The notes beneath the pieces were generated by a model. It was not told the origin of the DNA, searched no databases, and worked only from the letters and a program-made list of their open reading frames with translations. A stretch of 64,000 nucleotides of DNA, from NCBI GenBank assembly GCA_004431415.1, contig QPMI01000627.1:124001-188000 (forward strand), in the 5' to 3' direction. The number at the start of each line of letters is the position of its first letter. Within the stretch, counting starts at the first letter, position 1. Both the position numbers and the translations under genes were made by a program. Source of the DNA: Cyanophora paradoxa CCMP329. Taxonomy: Eukaryota > Plantae > Glaucophyta. Below are positions 28,401 to 40,788 of this stretch, one piece after another.

Positions 28401-31400
28401 CTCGCCTTAAAACGTCTTCTTCTTCTAGATCTTCCTCCTCACCGAGTCAGAGAACGCACGGGGGGCGTGGAGGATGCCGGGGCAGGGGACGCAGGCGGCG
28501 TCCCCCGCGCCGCGCGCCGTGCCCTTCGCGCACGGACGGCACTCGTCCTGCGCCTGCGCGATCTCAGCACACCGCTCTTGAAAGAAAGGAAGGGCGCGCT
28601 TAAATTATTAGCTTTTCCAGCCCGCCGCTCTAATTAACTAGCGCTTTTCCAGCCCGCCGCTCTACTTAGCTTTTCCAGCCCGCCGCCCTTGAATTGAAGG
28701 AGGGGCGGGCGATCGCGAACCTTTGTCGCGGCGCTGCCGGCGGGGCACGCGGCGCAGGCGCCGAGGGCGCCCTCGGCCGAGACCTCGCCGGGGGGGCAGC
28801 CCGAGCAGAGGGCGGCGCCGGGGTACGCGAGGAAGGTCCCGGCCCGGCACCTCTGCGATCGATCGCAATCGGTAGACCATTCAGAATCGATATAGTTAAT
28901 TAGAAGCTTAAAAGCATGAAAAAGACATATGGAATGGGGTGCACCTTGCACTCGCCCGTCCACCTCGAGGTCTCCGTGTACTGCGAAATCAAATTAAATA
29001 AATATTGGGGATGGACCGGGGCCTGACCGGGGATGGACCGGGGCCTGGCCCCCGGGGAATAAATAAATTCGCATGGATATCGATAAGCAGATGGATTCAA
29101 GATGCGGTTCGCAGTTAGGGCCGCGCGCGGGTTCTCAACTCTAGGTTTGGAAGTCCGATCTCCGCCTTCTCAGCGACGCACCTCGTTGGGGGCGCACGGG
29201 ACGCACAGCCCGCCTTCGACGCCCCGCGTGTTCTGAGGGCACTCTGCGCGATCCGCCGCGGATCAAATCTCGGCGATCTCGAGGGAGAGCGAGCGGGAGC
29301 TGCGAAGTGGGACCCGGCCGCCACAGCTCACCGGTGCACGAGCCGGCCCCGGCCTCCGAGCGCGTGCCGAGGGGGCAGGGCGTGCACGCCGTGGATCCCG
29401 CCTCGGCGAACGTGCCCTGCAATTGCAAGCGACGTTGAATACAATGGCACGCGCACGCGTACCGAGTTTCGAGCGGCGCCGCACGCACCGCGGGGCACGT
29501 CGCCGCCTCGACGACGCCGAGCAGGCCGCCCTGGCTGGAGTAGGTCCCTGAAAAAGCCGGCGAGCGCCGTAAATAATAAGCCGGCAAGGTTAAGCAAGGT
29601 TAATTATAAGCAATGTTAAGCAATAGTAAGCCGGCAACCAAGCAAGCAGGCACGACCACACAAATCTTCTTCTTAGATCCCTCCTTAGATAGGAGCACAC
29701 GCATGCAAGCTGCAATTGCAAGCAAGCACGACCCTACAAATCTTCTTCTTATAATTAGCTATAGCGCACCGGCGGGGAGGGGCGCGCAGTCGGTCGCGGA
29801 GGGGACGAGGAGCGAGGCGGGGTCGAAGGCCGTCCCCGCGGGGCAGTCGACCCGCACCTTCAGAACCATCGCACTGCGGAAGGTTCGAAGTTCCATCAGC
29901 TATGTCGGCGGCATATATTACATCCGGCTTGTCTCAGCTTATCAACGCGCTATCGCATTATACTGGGCATCATATATAATGAGCGTCTCCTTTGGGCGTG
30001 GCGCACGGCTGGCGGCTCCAGAAGACGAGGAAGGGGGCTTCCGCGAAGGGGATGGAGGGGTCGTCCTCAAACATGGCCCCGCTGCAGCCGGGAGCCCGAG
30101 TGAGCGGCACGAACAGCGAACGGTTCAGGAAGGAGTGACGGTCTATGCGCAATGCAATTTACAAGCCCATAGCTTATAGATATTACATTTGTAATCTAGA
30201 TTACAAGTCTAGATCGGTATTCGGCGCACCTGGAGAAGTCTTCGACGACGGACCCGCCGAGGATGCCGCCGGGCAGCGTCGAGATCACCGCGACGGCCGG
30301 GCCCATGCCCGCCGCCTCGTCCGCCCCGCTCACCTGGAGGAGGAATTTACACACTAAAGGAACGCGATAAATCGAACAACGGAGAACAACTCTCGGAGGC
30401 CCAGGGACGGTATCAGTTAATATCGATTTCGCCCGCACCTTGATGAGCTCGGCCGAGGGCCCGCGGTAGCTCCGGCGCTTCATGCGAAGGTTGGTGTCGT
30501 AGGCGATCGGCGAGGACCCTGCGCGACGTAAACGACATCGCTAATCAGAAGGAGGCGCGAAATATTCCTAGCTAGGCCCCGCGCACTCCCGAATTCTCTG
30601 AAGTACGCGGCTACTAAGGAACTAAGTGGTATAAGGAAAAATCTAATAAGACATTACATGATTCTAACATTGAAATCACGCGGACGCACCCCCGAACTCT
30701 CTGAAGTACGTGTTCCCCTTCGTGTGGCGCTCCCGCACCACATACAGGACTCCATCCTGCGCGCCCATTTAATTTCCATCACGTCATAACTTCTTTAGCT
30801 TCTTGCATCTAAGATCTTATCGAAATCGACATCACTATGATCGAATATTGGAGACGCGCACGTATCAGCTTCCGCCTCATCATCTAGCTTCCGTCTTACG
30901 ACTGTAACTCTCTCTTTTTGATTCTAATCGACATCGAAATCACTATGATCGAATGTTAAAGATGCATGCGCACCTTGTACACGGCCGCGGGGAGGCTGTA
31001 CCACTCCTCGGGAGAGGGCCGCCAGCCCGCGGGCAGGAGCCGCAGCCGGCCGGTCTCCGCTCCACCCTAATAAAAACGCGTTATATTAACGTTGGTCATT
31101 GCCGAAATCCACTCCGATATATAGCGATCGATATCGAGTGCGGGGCCCGGGGATATCTAATCTAAACGCGTTGTTATATCTCATCTAACTAGCGATCGCG
31201 TTGTTATATCTAATCTAACTAACGATCGATTGCGGGGCCCGGGGACGCCGCACCATCGCGGTTTGCAGGGCGCTCGGCTTGGCGAACCGAACCACCTCGT
31301 CGGCCGTCACGTAGAACCCGTGTCTGCGCCCCTCGACCCACCGCCCCGACAGCGCCTGATCATGAGCAGCATCAGCAAGCGTTGTGGGCCGGGCGTACAG

Positions 31401-34400
31401 CGATCGTGAGCGAGACGTAGAGAAATCGCATGCATGTGCGCACCCCAACGTCGGGCGCGGCGATTCCGGGGCGCTCGTTCTGCACGAGCCACAAGTGCTT
31501 CCAATCCACGAAATCGCTGAAGAGGGGTCAGAGGGAGGGCAAGCGTCGAGAGAGCGCGCGCGCACTGGCGGATTACGCGCGGCGGCCCGAGGGCCGCGGC
31601 CGCGGGGAGGCAGCGCCACTCGGAGGCGGCGGCGTCCCACGCGCAGCCGCGGGTCGGGTCCCTCCCCTCCACGCCTCCCACGTACATCCTCGAGGTCGAG
31701 GTGAAGCCCTTATAATAATTACGGAATCGAAGGCGGCAGTTAGTAAATACTGTAGTACAAAGGCCGTCATGATCAGGACGGACCATGTCGTTGATGTACG
31801 TCATCTCTCCCATGCCTCCGCCGCCGCCGCCGATATCAATGATTTCAATGACCTCGCCCGGGCCGGGAAGGTCGATGGGGCCCGGGGCGGGAAGGCCCGG
31901 ATCGATGGGATTGAGGGCGTCGCCGGCCTCGGCGGGCGAGGTCGCCGCGGGCCGCTCCGTCACGATGCTACCCCCTTCGCAGTTGTCGCTGTTCCAGCGG
32001 CACTCGGGCGACCGGTCGACGCCCCACGGCGCCTCAGCCGTCTGGTTCGGCCCGTCCACCCTCCACGAGTAAATCACGGTCGCGAAGGCTGCATGGCGGA
32101 GCAGCGGAACGAGTCGGAAATGCGCGGATCTGATGCATGAATTCGAAGCGGCAGAGATCTGATCTTGAACGCACCGATGGTTCCCGGGCAGATGAGGCGC
32201 GAGCTTTCGACGAATGCCGCCTGCGTGGGAATGCGTCAAGCTCTCGCATCAATTTCGCTTTTTAAATTTGAGAGACTACGATGCACGCGGGGCGAATCCC
32301 CAATTGCAATCCCTTTAGCTGAAAGAATTGAATAGCTTGAGATAATCATGATTCAATATCGATGAGCCTCGAGCTCACCTCGGGACACTGGCCGAAAGAG
32401 GTGGTAGCACACTGGTCGAGTTCACTTGAAGCGCTCCTGTTGCCCGAGTGCTCCGGAAAGAGGGGTACGCGGAGGATGGCGCGCGCCGTGAGAGTACCCC
32501 CCGGCTCCATGATGGGATCAAGCTCGACGGCAACGACGACAGAGGCGGGGGGGTAAGACTCCGCGCTCGGCGTCTGGACTCTGCACCCTGTCACGCCGGA
32601 AGGGAAAATGCGATTCCCGATGGAGTCGGCGCGGTAGATTCCCCTCGCGGAAGCGCTGTACACCGGGAGCCCGAGTGCAGCCGGCTCGACGGGTACAGGC
32701 AGGTCGATGCCGCCCGAGACTCGGCAGAGGCGCAGGCGGGATATGATCTCAAGCTAAGGGGGGTGGTTAACTGTAGGTGGGGATGAGAGGGCGGGGTACA
32801 CATTATTACCGATGGATTCCTGAGGAAGGATGCGAACTTAAACATGCCCCGGCCCCAAGTCGCGAAGGTCTAGTCGAGCAGCTCGAATTAGTCGACGAAG
32901 AGAGAAGAAATAATAGGAAATCAATCGCAAAAAGCAAGTTCAAGGGAACTCTGAAAGCAGGGACGCGACTCGCCTGCGTATCATACAGGAACCAGCTGGC
33001 GGGTTCACTCAGCGTTAGGCGCGCACGTGCACAGAGTAATTGGAAGGGGCGCGGAACAAAGCGAAAGCGCAAGGGCGCACCTTGTGTCGTCGTTCACTGA
33101 GGTAGACTGCATCTGCACCCCCGGATCCAGGTCGACATCGTCGTACGCGTCCTGTTCGCTCCGAACCGGATATCGATTGAGCAACTCGAGTCGACGTGAC
33201 GCGGAGGTCGTGAAATATATATACACACACCGCGAATGCGGGGCAGCCGGCGGGGCCGGTGTCGAGGGGGTACAGGCTGCGGGCCGCCCGCTCCCCCACG
33301 AGGCCTGTCGAAGCGGACCGCGCCACCGTGTACCCCAGCGACTCCGCCTGCGCACGCGCCGCAATCGCGATCGCGGCGGATCGGGGTGAGAGAGAGTCTC
33401 GGGCTCAACTCTCGTAAGTTTGTATCTAAATATTAATCTTATTTTTTTTTGGTGAATTACCGGCCACAGCCTCTAGTCTACTCCAGCACTGTGGGGGCGT
33501 GTACAGGCAAGGTGGGGCATGATCGATCGGAATTATGTGGAACGGGCGGGATTTGAAGGCGTGATTCTCATCGCAGGGCGATTCGAACACGGAAGGCATG
33601 CATCGGAAAGCGTGTATGATAACCACACCGCTATGAGCGGGGGCTAAAGGTTAGCAGCGCTAGCGCTTTCTAGTAGATAACTTCAATGTAATGCCATGAT
33701 GGGGGCGGATCGGGGTGAGAGCTCGATCGCGAGTGCGAAGTTTAAGGCTACAATCCGCGTCTCAGGCTCAACTTTCGTAATTTCGTATTTAGATCTTAAA
33801 GGTCATAATTCGTAGCGCTACTTCTTTCTAGTAGAGAACTTAAATTGTAATGGGGCTCGATCGCGAGTGCAAAGGTTGCAATAGTCATCCGCGTCTCAGG
33901 CTCAACTTTCACAATTATGTAAGTTCGTATCTAGATCTAAAAGGTTAGCAGCGCTAGCGCTTGCTAGTGGGGGGCGGGGGGCGCGGGGGGGGGGGGGGGG
34001 GGGGGATCCGGAGGGGCGGGGTACGGGAGCGCACGTGGAGCATGTGGGCGCGGAGTTGGCCCCCAGTGAACGATTCGAGAAAAAGCGTCCCGAACAGGCC
34101 CAGAAAGCCCAAACTGCCCACCGGAAATTACAGCATTAATCATAGAGCTCCAGAGGAGGCGCGCGAATCGTGGAGGGGGGTACACGCACTCTTCGCTCGC
34201 AACGTCGGCGGCGTACGAGGCACGGACGCGGACCTCCCGCTCGAATCGAGCGCGGTACCTGAGATCCCGCTACATATTTAGAGCGCGCAAAGATATATAA
34301 CTACAAGCTAACAAGTGGAAAATTTAGATAACTACAAGCGATAAAGAAGAGGCACCAGCGGAAATCGTGTGAGAAGGAGCGGGCCCAGCGGGCAAAGGCG

Positions 34401-36867
34401 AACGGGTCCGGATCCGCGCACTGGGTCGAGGTCGGCCACTTCGGGACGAAACCGCAAGGGCGTCAGTACAGGGGAGGGCCGGAGGGGGGGGAGGTGAAGT
34501 GGGGGGCGGCTTGATGAAACCGCGTGGGGGGTACAATCAATCTCACCTGGTCCAGGGCGTCGAGGAGAGGGGGTAGGCTCGGCAGACCCCGAAAGGGATC
34601 GGAGGTGGGCCGGGTTCGGCTGCAGCGAAAAGGTCAGCGAAAGCTTCTGTTATTAATAAGAACGTCTATCGCTCTTGAATTTCTTGAGACAGGGGGGGCT
34701 CGATCTCCTAGCGCACGAGCAGTTGGCGAAGGCGTAGGAGGACCACGATTCTCATCAAAGTCTAATGCTTTGATCTTATTGAAAAACTAGCTTCTGTTAT
34801 AAACGTCTGATGTTTTGATCTTATTGAAAAGCTAGCTTCTGTTATTGACGTCTAATGCTTTGATCTTATTGAAAAGCGGGGGGCTGCCAGCGCACGAGCA
34901 GTTGGCAAAGGCGTAGGAGGACCACGCTGCTCCCGCGAAGTGGAGGCAGGCCCGCGCCGTGACGCACTGCGCCGCGCGCGCCGCGCCGGCCGCGGGAGTT
35001 AGAAGGAGAGAAGAGCGGACGAAGACGCCCGTGGCGAGCTTGAGGCGGACCTGAATGGCGGGGCTAGGGAGGAAGTATGTGTTCGACACGGGCGAGCACT
35101 GCGGGAGCTGGTCATGGCCAGTGCACGTGCATGCAAGCCAAGGGCCGCCCTCCGGCCATGGATCGGGGCTGCAGCGGTCCGTCGCGAACCAGATCGGGGT
35201 TGCAGCGGTCGCGATCGAGCCGGCGGCCGGCCTTCGCCTCGTTCCCGATGGGCTGGGCTTCCCCCGCCGACCCCACCAGCGCCTCGTCCACGCTTGTGGC
35301 CGCGGCGATCCAGTCACGCTGCAGCAGGTCTCAGGAGCGAGCGAGATCGAGCAGAAGGATGGACAGAAGGGTGGGGGGTGGGGGGGGGGGTGGGGGGGGT
35401 AGACCTCGACGCCGTCGCGGTCCCCCGGCCGCCCGTGCCTGTCCAGGTCGTGCGGCTGGGGTACGTGTAAAAGGGCGCGGTCAGGTCGGAGTGGCAGGGG
35501 GTCAAGAGGGGAGGAGGTGGGGGGGGGGGGGGGAACTTGAAGGGGGAAGGGGCGGAGTGGAGCGGGGGAAGGGTGGAAGGTGGCGGGGCCCGGGTGGTTG
35601 GGTTGGAGGAGGGAAGGGGGAGGGGGGGGGGGTAAAGAGGGAGGGGGGGGAGGGCCAGGAGGGCGGGGGGGGAAGAGGGGGGGGTAGTGGTCTGTGCAAG
35701 GAGAGGAGAAGGGTGCGGGAGGCGGGGGATGAGGAAGGGCGAAGAGGGGATGCGGGGTGGGGGAAGAGGGGGGGGGAAGGGCAGAGGGGATGCAGGGGGG
35801 GGGGAGAGGGGGGAAGAGGGACGCTGGGGACCGGAGCTCGAGGTAGGGGGTAAAGGATCCGGAAAAGGAAGGGGAAGAGCGCGCACCCAGAATGGGGTGA
35901 GAGATGAGTAGGCAAACGCGGTAGGCTCGAGCTCTGTACATGTTCTGCATCAGCTGCAGGCACCCGAGCTTAATTAATATTCCAGGCACAGAGAAGCTTT
36001 CACCGGCTATGCCGTCGGCGGGTCCCATCTGGGAGGGGACGCAGCACACGTCAGATGCGGGGAAGAACGCACGAGCGGCGAGCCGCTCCGCACCGTTTCG
36101 AGCCGCCGCAGGGTCTGGCACGCCGAGATTGCCAGATCGTAGACGCCTGCGCCGAACGCGCCGCGCCGCAGCTCCGATGTCAGCCCCTCCTGAACACACG
36201 GGTACAGGCTGCGTCTAGCCGTCTATATCTAGATAGTTTCTCAAAACCAAAGAGGCGGAGGGGGCGTTCAAGGGCGGGGGGGGGAGTTGAGGGGGCAGGC
36301 AGGCGAGGGGTACACGAACAGAGGAGGAGCCCCCCTTCGAGCCCGCGGAGGACCAGCGCGAGCCTCTGCGACGGGGCGAGGCTCTCGACGCCGTACCCCG
36401 GCAGAAGTGCTGCGAAGAGCAGCTCCGAGGCGCCCGCGGCGCTGTTCAGGTAGACGCCTGCGGGGACCGGGGGGTCCGGTCAAACGCCGGCGCCGGCCCG
36501 CCTAGGGCTGAATGGGAGGGGGGCGCGCGGGGGCGCGTGGGGTACCGTTCTGGGCCGCGAGGCCCGTCCCGACTAGCTGCGACATCGAAAGGGCCAGGAT
36601 GGCCAGCAGGAGGCCTGCGCCGACCTTGACGCACGGCCGCGCGCCTCGCCCCGCGCCGCGGCCGGCACGGCGCCGGCCGTCCAAGTCCGCCGCCGCACCG
36701 GTACCACGCGCACATTCGCATGTACAGTGCGCGAGGTCGACATTCGCGTCAATTGCACGCGCTGACAGCTGGGTTTCGGCCTGCCGTCGCCGTCGCACGC
36801 GCACGCGCACGCCGAACATGTTGCGGCCGCTTTCGCTCTCATGATCATGATCATGATAGATATCCAT
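19494..36867 (-). CDS. Very large Cys-rich (GCC2/GCC3, ephrin-receptor-like repeat) multi-pass membrane protein, many exons
   Basis: Signal/anchor GLLLAILALSMSQLVG at ~36600. Repeated C-x-x-C-P-x-G-[TSY]-[YF] units at 25700-29900 (e.g. CTPCPLGTRS, CSGCPPGEVS, CRECPEGYFA). Hydrophobic helices at ~25000, ~24230 and ~20790. All exons are on the minus strand with no obvious gene break, but it could be two genes. Confidence 0.7.
20497..20716. repeat. Intronic imperfect tandem repeat, core CCGGATAATGCCTTCTAAGA x5
   Basis: Read directly from the sequence. Confidence 0.85.
24505..24720. repeat. Intronic imperfect tandem repeat (TCACATAAGA / TTATTAGATC units)
   Basis: Read directly from the sequence. 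Confidence 0.8.
27643..27764. repeat. Intronic AAGCTTGGAGG(CATG) repeat cluster
   Basis: Read directly from the sequence. Confidence 0.75.
33442..33644 (-). mobile_element. tRNA-derived SINE (~200 bp) in an intron
   Basis: Minus-strand head GCCCCCGCTCATAGCGGTGTGGTTATCA...GTTCGAATC contains A-box-like and B-box motifs. It has an A9 tail and interrupts one copy of a local intronic repeat. Its last 26 nt are identical to 63706-63731. Confidence 0.75.
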
Positions 36868-37080
36868 CTTGGCGCCGAGCCGCGGCACGCGGCCGCGGTG
36901 CACGTGCACGCAGCCGTGGCCATGCATATTGGCGACTAGAGCTATCCGATGATCGATGTCGCTTGCGTTGGTCTTGCAATCCGTTCTCGGCGCCAGCATA
37001 TGCATTCGATGTATGCTGCTATAGCTAGCGCTGCGCATCATGGCATACGGTATGCACCGTCGCACCCGCGCCGCCGCGCC

Positions 37081-37117
<37 letters not shown>

Positions 37118-37213
37118 AAGTTTTAGGCTTTTAGCTGTAGGCTTCGCTGCAGCCTGCGGCTGCCTTCGCACTGTTCGCAGCACATCGATGGAGCGAATTG
37201 AACGACGCTGCTT

Positions 37214-37576
37214 GGCCGTATTTCGCTGTCGCCCACTACGTAGTGAAAATTAACTGCGGGGAAAAAAGTGTGATGCCATGATGATGTAAGTGTCGCCTCG
37301 GTGGCGCTTCCTCCGAGCTCGTAGTGTGTTGATACTTTGCGTACCCGTCCGCTACTGGCTTTCTATTGGCTGTTTTACTAGAAATCCTAAGAACGTAGCT
37401 TACGATGACGGGCGCTGATCGTAAAGAATTAGCGCCCGCGTTAGCTACGTCGAGACTCCAAATTACTTCGAAATTAACCTGACATCATGCAAAACGTGAC
37501 ATCACCGTCATGTTTTAACTACGTAGTGCTTACGTAGCGCGGCTCCCATACAAATCCCCGACAGCGAAATACGGCC
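37214..37576. mobile_element. MITE, probably PIF/Harbinger (Tourist-like)
   Basis: Perfect 18-bp terminal inverted repeat GGCCGTATTTCGCTGTCG (37214-37231 / 37559-37576) with a 3-bp direct repeat CTT on both flanks. No ORF. Confidence 0.85.
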
Positions 37577-38072
37577 CTTCTTACAAGCTTGCGGACCCTT
37601 AACTTGCAGGCGCTGCGAGCTACTAGACGGGTACTAGTATCCGAGTACTACGGTACTGGGGCACAGAGCTACTAGGCGCTGCGTAATCCATGCATGCAAG
37701 TACTAGCATTCGTACGCGTGTTAACTTAATATTTTAATATTTCCTGTATACCAGGCTGTATGATACTATGATACGTAGGTAGCCACTACCGTAGTACTAG
37801 CCGCTGAGCCAGGCTAAGCCAGCTAATAGCCAGCCGACGTCTGGGCCGCAGATGGCAGAGGAAGAATTCATGATCATCAAATCCAGAAGGCTGGCAGAAG
37901 CCCGAGGCCAAGCAGCCGCCACTGGCCCGGCAGCCGATCGAGCCCATCGCAGCTCCCGCATTCGAACTTCTAATCATGGTTTGCATTTCTCGCGCGCTGC
38001 GCTCGCGACGGGCGACCCTACCACGAGCTAGCTACCAGGCTACGGCCTCGCCGTACTAGTACTGGGGCAGTG

Positions 38073-40634
38073 CTACTCGCTGCCGCCGGCGGCCTCCGAG
38101 GCGCCCGCCGCGTTGTCGGGCGGGGCGGGGCGCGCCTCCGAGCGCGACCGGCCGCGGCCGCCGGGTGGCCCGCGCTGCCGCAGCGCCAGAGCCTCTTTCG
38201 ACTTCTGCGGGAGGGGGGCGAGGATGTTAGGAAGGGGTCGGCGCGCCCAGCATGCATGCGGGGCGGCCGGGCCGCGAGCCGTGGGGCGTGCACGTGCCTG
38301 AAGCTTCGCGCTCGCGACGGCCAGGTCCTGCTCCCTTCCCATCCGTCTGCGGGACGGGAACGTCAGACAGGGCGCGCGGCGCGCCGGCGCCGCTTCGCTT
38401 CGAGGGGTACGGGCGCACTGGAGCGCGAAGCAGAGCGTGCGGAGGATGCTGGGGGGTACGTCGATCCCGCGGGCGTCCGCGCGGCGGACGACGGCGAGGG
38501 CCTGGCTCAGGCGGACGTGCCTCCGGGCCTCCTGGTCCGCCTCCGAGGAGCCGCCGCTCCGCGCCTCGGGCCCCCAGCGAGGCCTGAGTACCCCGGCGCT
38601 GTGAAGGGGGTCCTCCTGGTCGACGGGTATGGGCGCATCGTCGTCCCACTCGCACAGCGAGCGAACGAAGAGTCCTAGAGCGAACGAAGGGCCGTGAGTG
38701 GGGTACAGGCCTCGAAATTCGGGTGGGGTACCGTATGTGTGGCTGCTAGGGGGGTAGTCGGAGCCGTCCTTCTCCATCTCCTTGAGGAGGGTCCACGCGG
38801 GGGAGTACCGGCGCGACTGGCCCCGGGCGTGAGCGCAGGGGGGGGGGGGGGGGGGGGGGAGGAGGAGGAGGAGGGCGGGGGGGCACCTTGAGCATGCCCT
38901 CGATGTACGAGGCGAGGTGAACGAAGGTTAGCTCAAAGTCGTCCCGGTTCTGTACCCGGGGAGGGGGGGAGGTAAGGAGGGTGGAGTGGCGCCCCGGGGG
39001 TACGGGAAGCTCGCCCTGAGGGAAGTGAAGAGCTCCGCGAGCTCCTGGTACCGCCCCTGCTTCGCGTAGAGGTTCATCACCATGCTGCGGGGGGTACGCC
39101 TCAGCCTCGGCTCGGATCGGATCGGATCGAGCCGGATCGGGCTCTGACCTGACGGTGTACCCGTCCACGGGGACGTCGCGGGTGCGCATGCGGGTCCAGT
39201 ACTCCTCGGCGCGCTTGAAGCGGCCGTCCCGCAGGCAGATGCGGATCGCCGAGTTGTAGATGGGCGTCGCGGGGCCCTCGAAATCGTTGCGAGAGAAGGC
39301 GAGCTCCACAGCGTCCGACGCCATCTTGTGCCCTGCTCAGACGGGCTCAGGCTCAGGTGAGCCGCCCGCCCGGCTCCGATCCGATCCGATCCGTGACTCA
39401 CCGTAGACGGTGTGGATCGCGTCGATGACGGTGCTGTACACGTACGCCGGCGGCCGTTGCCGATCCACGGCGCGCATCTCGTCTGCGGCGGGGCTCGCTC
39501 TGGGGTACTACTGCTACTGGCGCGCCCGGCGCCCGGCGCGGGGTACGGGCTCACCGAGGATCTTGGGTACCTGCTCGATCTCGCCCGAGAGGATGAGGGC
39601 GCGAGCCCAGGAGGCGTACAGTGCGCCGTCCGGGGAGTACCCCTTCTCCCGCATCGAGGCGAGGACCTCGTGGTAGCCCTCCCAGTCGCCCTGGGAGAGG
39701 CGGGCGGCGGCCGCGGCACGGTACCCCGGGGCGTCCACGGCGCGGTCCTTAGAGTCGATGATGGCGAAGGCAGAGCGGAGGGCTGGCATCGAGGCCCGCG
39801 CGGCCTGCACGAGGAGAGCCTGTAGAAACGCATCCAGATCGACATCGCTCGCCACTGCCGCGCGGAATCGTCCGTCAGAGCGCTGCGCGCACGTGCTTTG
39901 GCGATCGCTTCGCGGGCGCACCGCTGCCGGATTCGATTGCATGCAGCATGGCGCCCACAGCGTCCATGTCCTCCCTCCGCAGCGCCGAGCGGATCAGGCG
40001 GGAGACCTGGTGCTCTCGGATTCCGTTCCACAGTCCCCCTTGCCTCGTTGAGCGCGGCCGCGGCCGCCGCCGCGCGGACGACTCAGCGGCGCCGCCGCTA
40101 TCGCCTTCCTCGCCGGACCGCTCGCCTTCCGCCGCCTCCTCGTCCCCCCGAGGGAAGCGCCGCGGATACGGTCTCCTTCTTGCCGCTTGTCCGCTGCTTG
40201 CTTCAGAGCCGCCCGTTTCGACGCGCGGGTCGCCCGCGCCAGCCGACGCGAGCGGGCCCCGGTTCGTCGACTCTTGCGTCCGGGCCCTCCCGCCTTCCCG
40301 AGGCACGTGCTCGATCTCAATCTGCTGGATCTCGACGATATGCATAAACTCCACAGGGGAGCGCCGCAGCGCCGGCCGTCGCCGGGGGCCGAACAAGGTG
40401 CCGGCCGCGCGAGCCACGAGCGAGGGCCCCGACGTGAGCGGCCGCCCTTTCAACGCCGCTCCAAGGCAAGCTGCGCGGCCGCGAGCACGGCGGCGCGTCA
40501 GGCGGCGGGGCGTCGGGTTGGCTGGGGATCGGGCGCTGTGGGGGGGGCACGGCAGCGCCGGTAGACGCACTATTTGGGGCGCTCCACATTGCCCGCAGCG
40601 GCCCGCGCGCTGCAGCCGCCACGCGCCACGCCAT
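38073..40634 (-). CDS. Pentatricopeptide repeat (PPR) protein, probably mitochondrial
   Basis: PPR-like units include MREKGYSPDGALYASWARALILSGEIEQV, YVYSTVIDA, IYNSAIRICLRDGRFKRAEEYWTRMRTRDVPVDGYTV|SMVMNLYAKQGRYQE and AWTLLKEMEKDG...PSSHTY. The N-terminus MAWRVAAAARGPLRAMW is Arg/Ala-rich. Confidence 0.85.
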
Positions 40635-40788
40635 CGCTTTGCACGTTCGTACCCCAAGCGGTTCTGCTCCCCCTTAGCTCCCCTTAGGCTCCTTGGCTTC
40701 GTTCGCCCTTCGCCATCGTGATTGCGGAGTTGAGCAATGGCCATTTTGACGGCGCCGGCCCCATATATGCATATGCCCCCATTGTGTA

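Noticed and set aside
33570-33644. Functional tRNA gene
   Set aside because: The acceptor and T stems do not pair properly, and it continues into a body plus poly(A), so it is treated as a SINE head.
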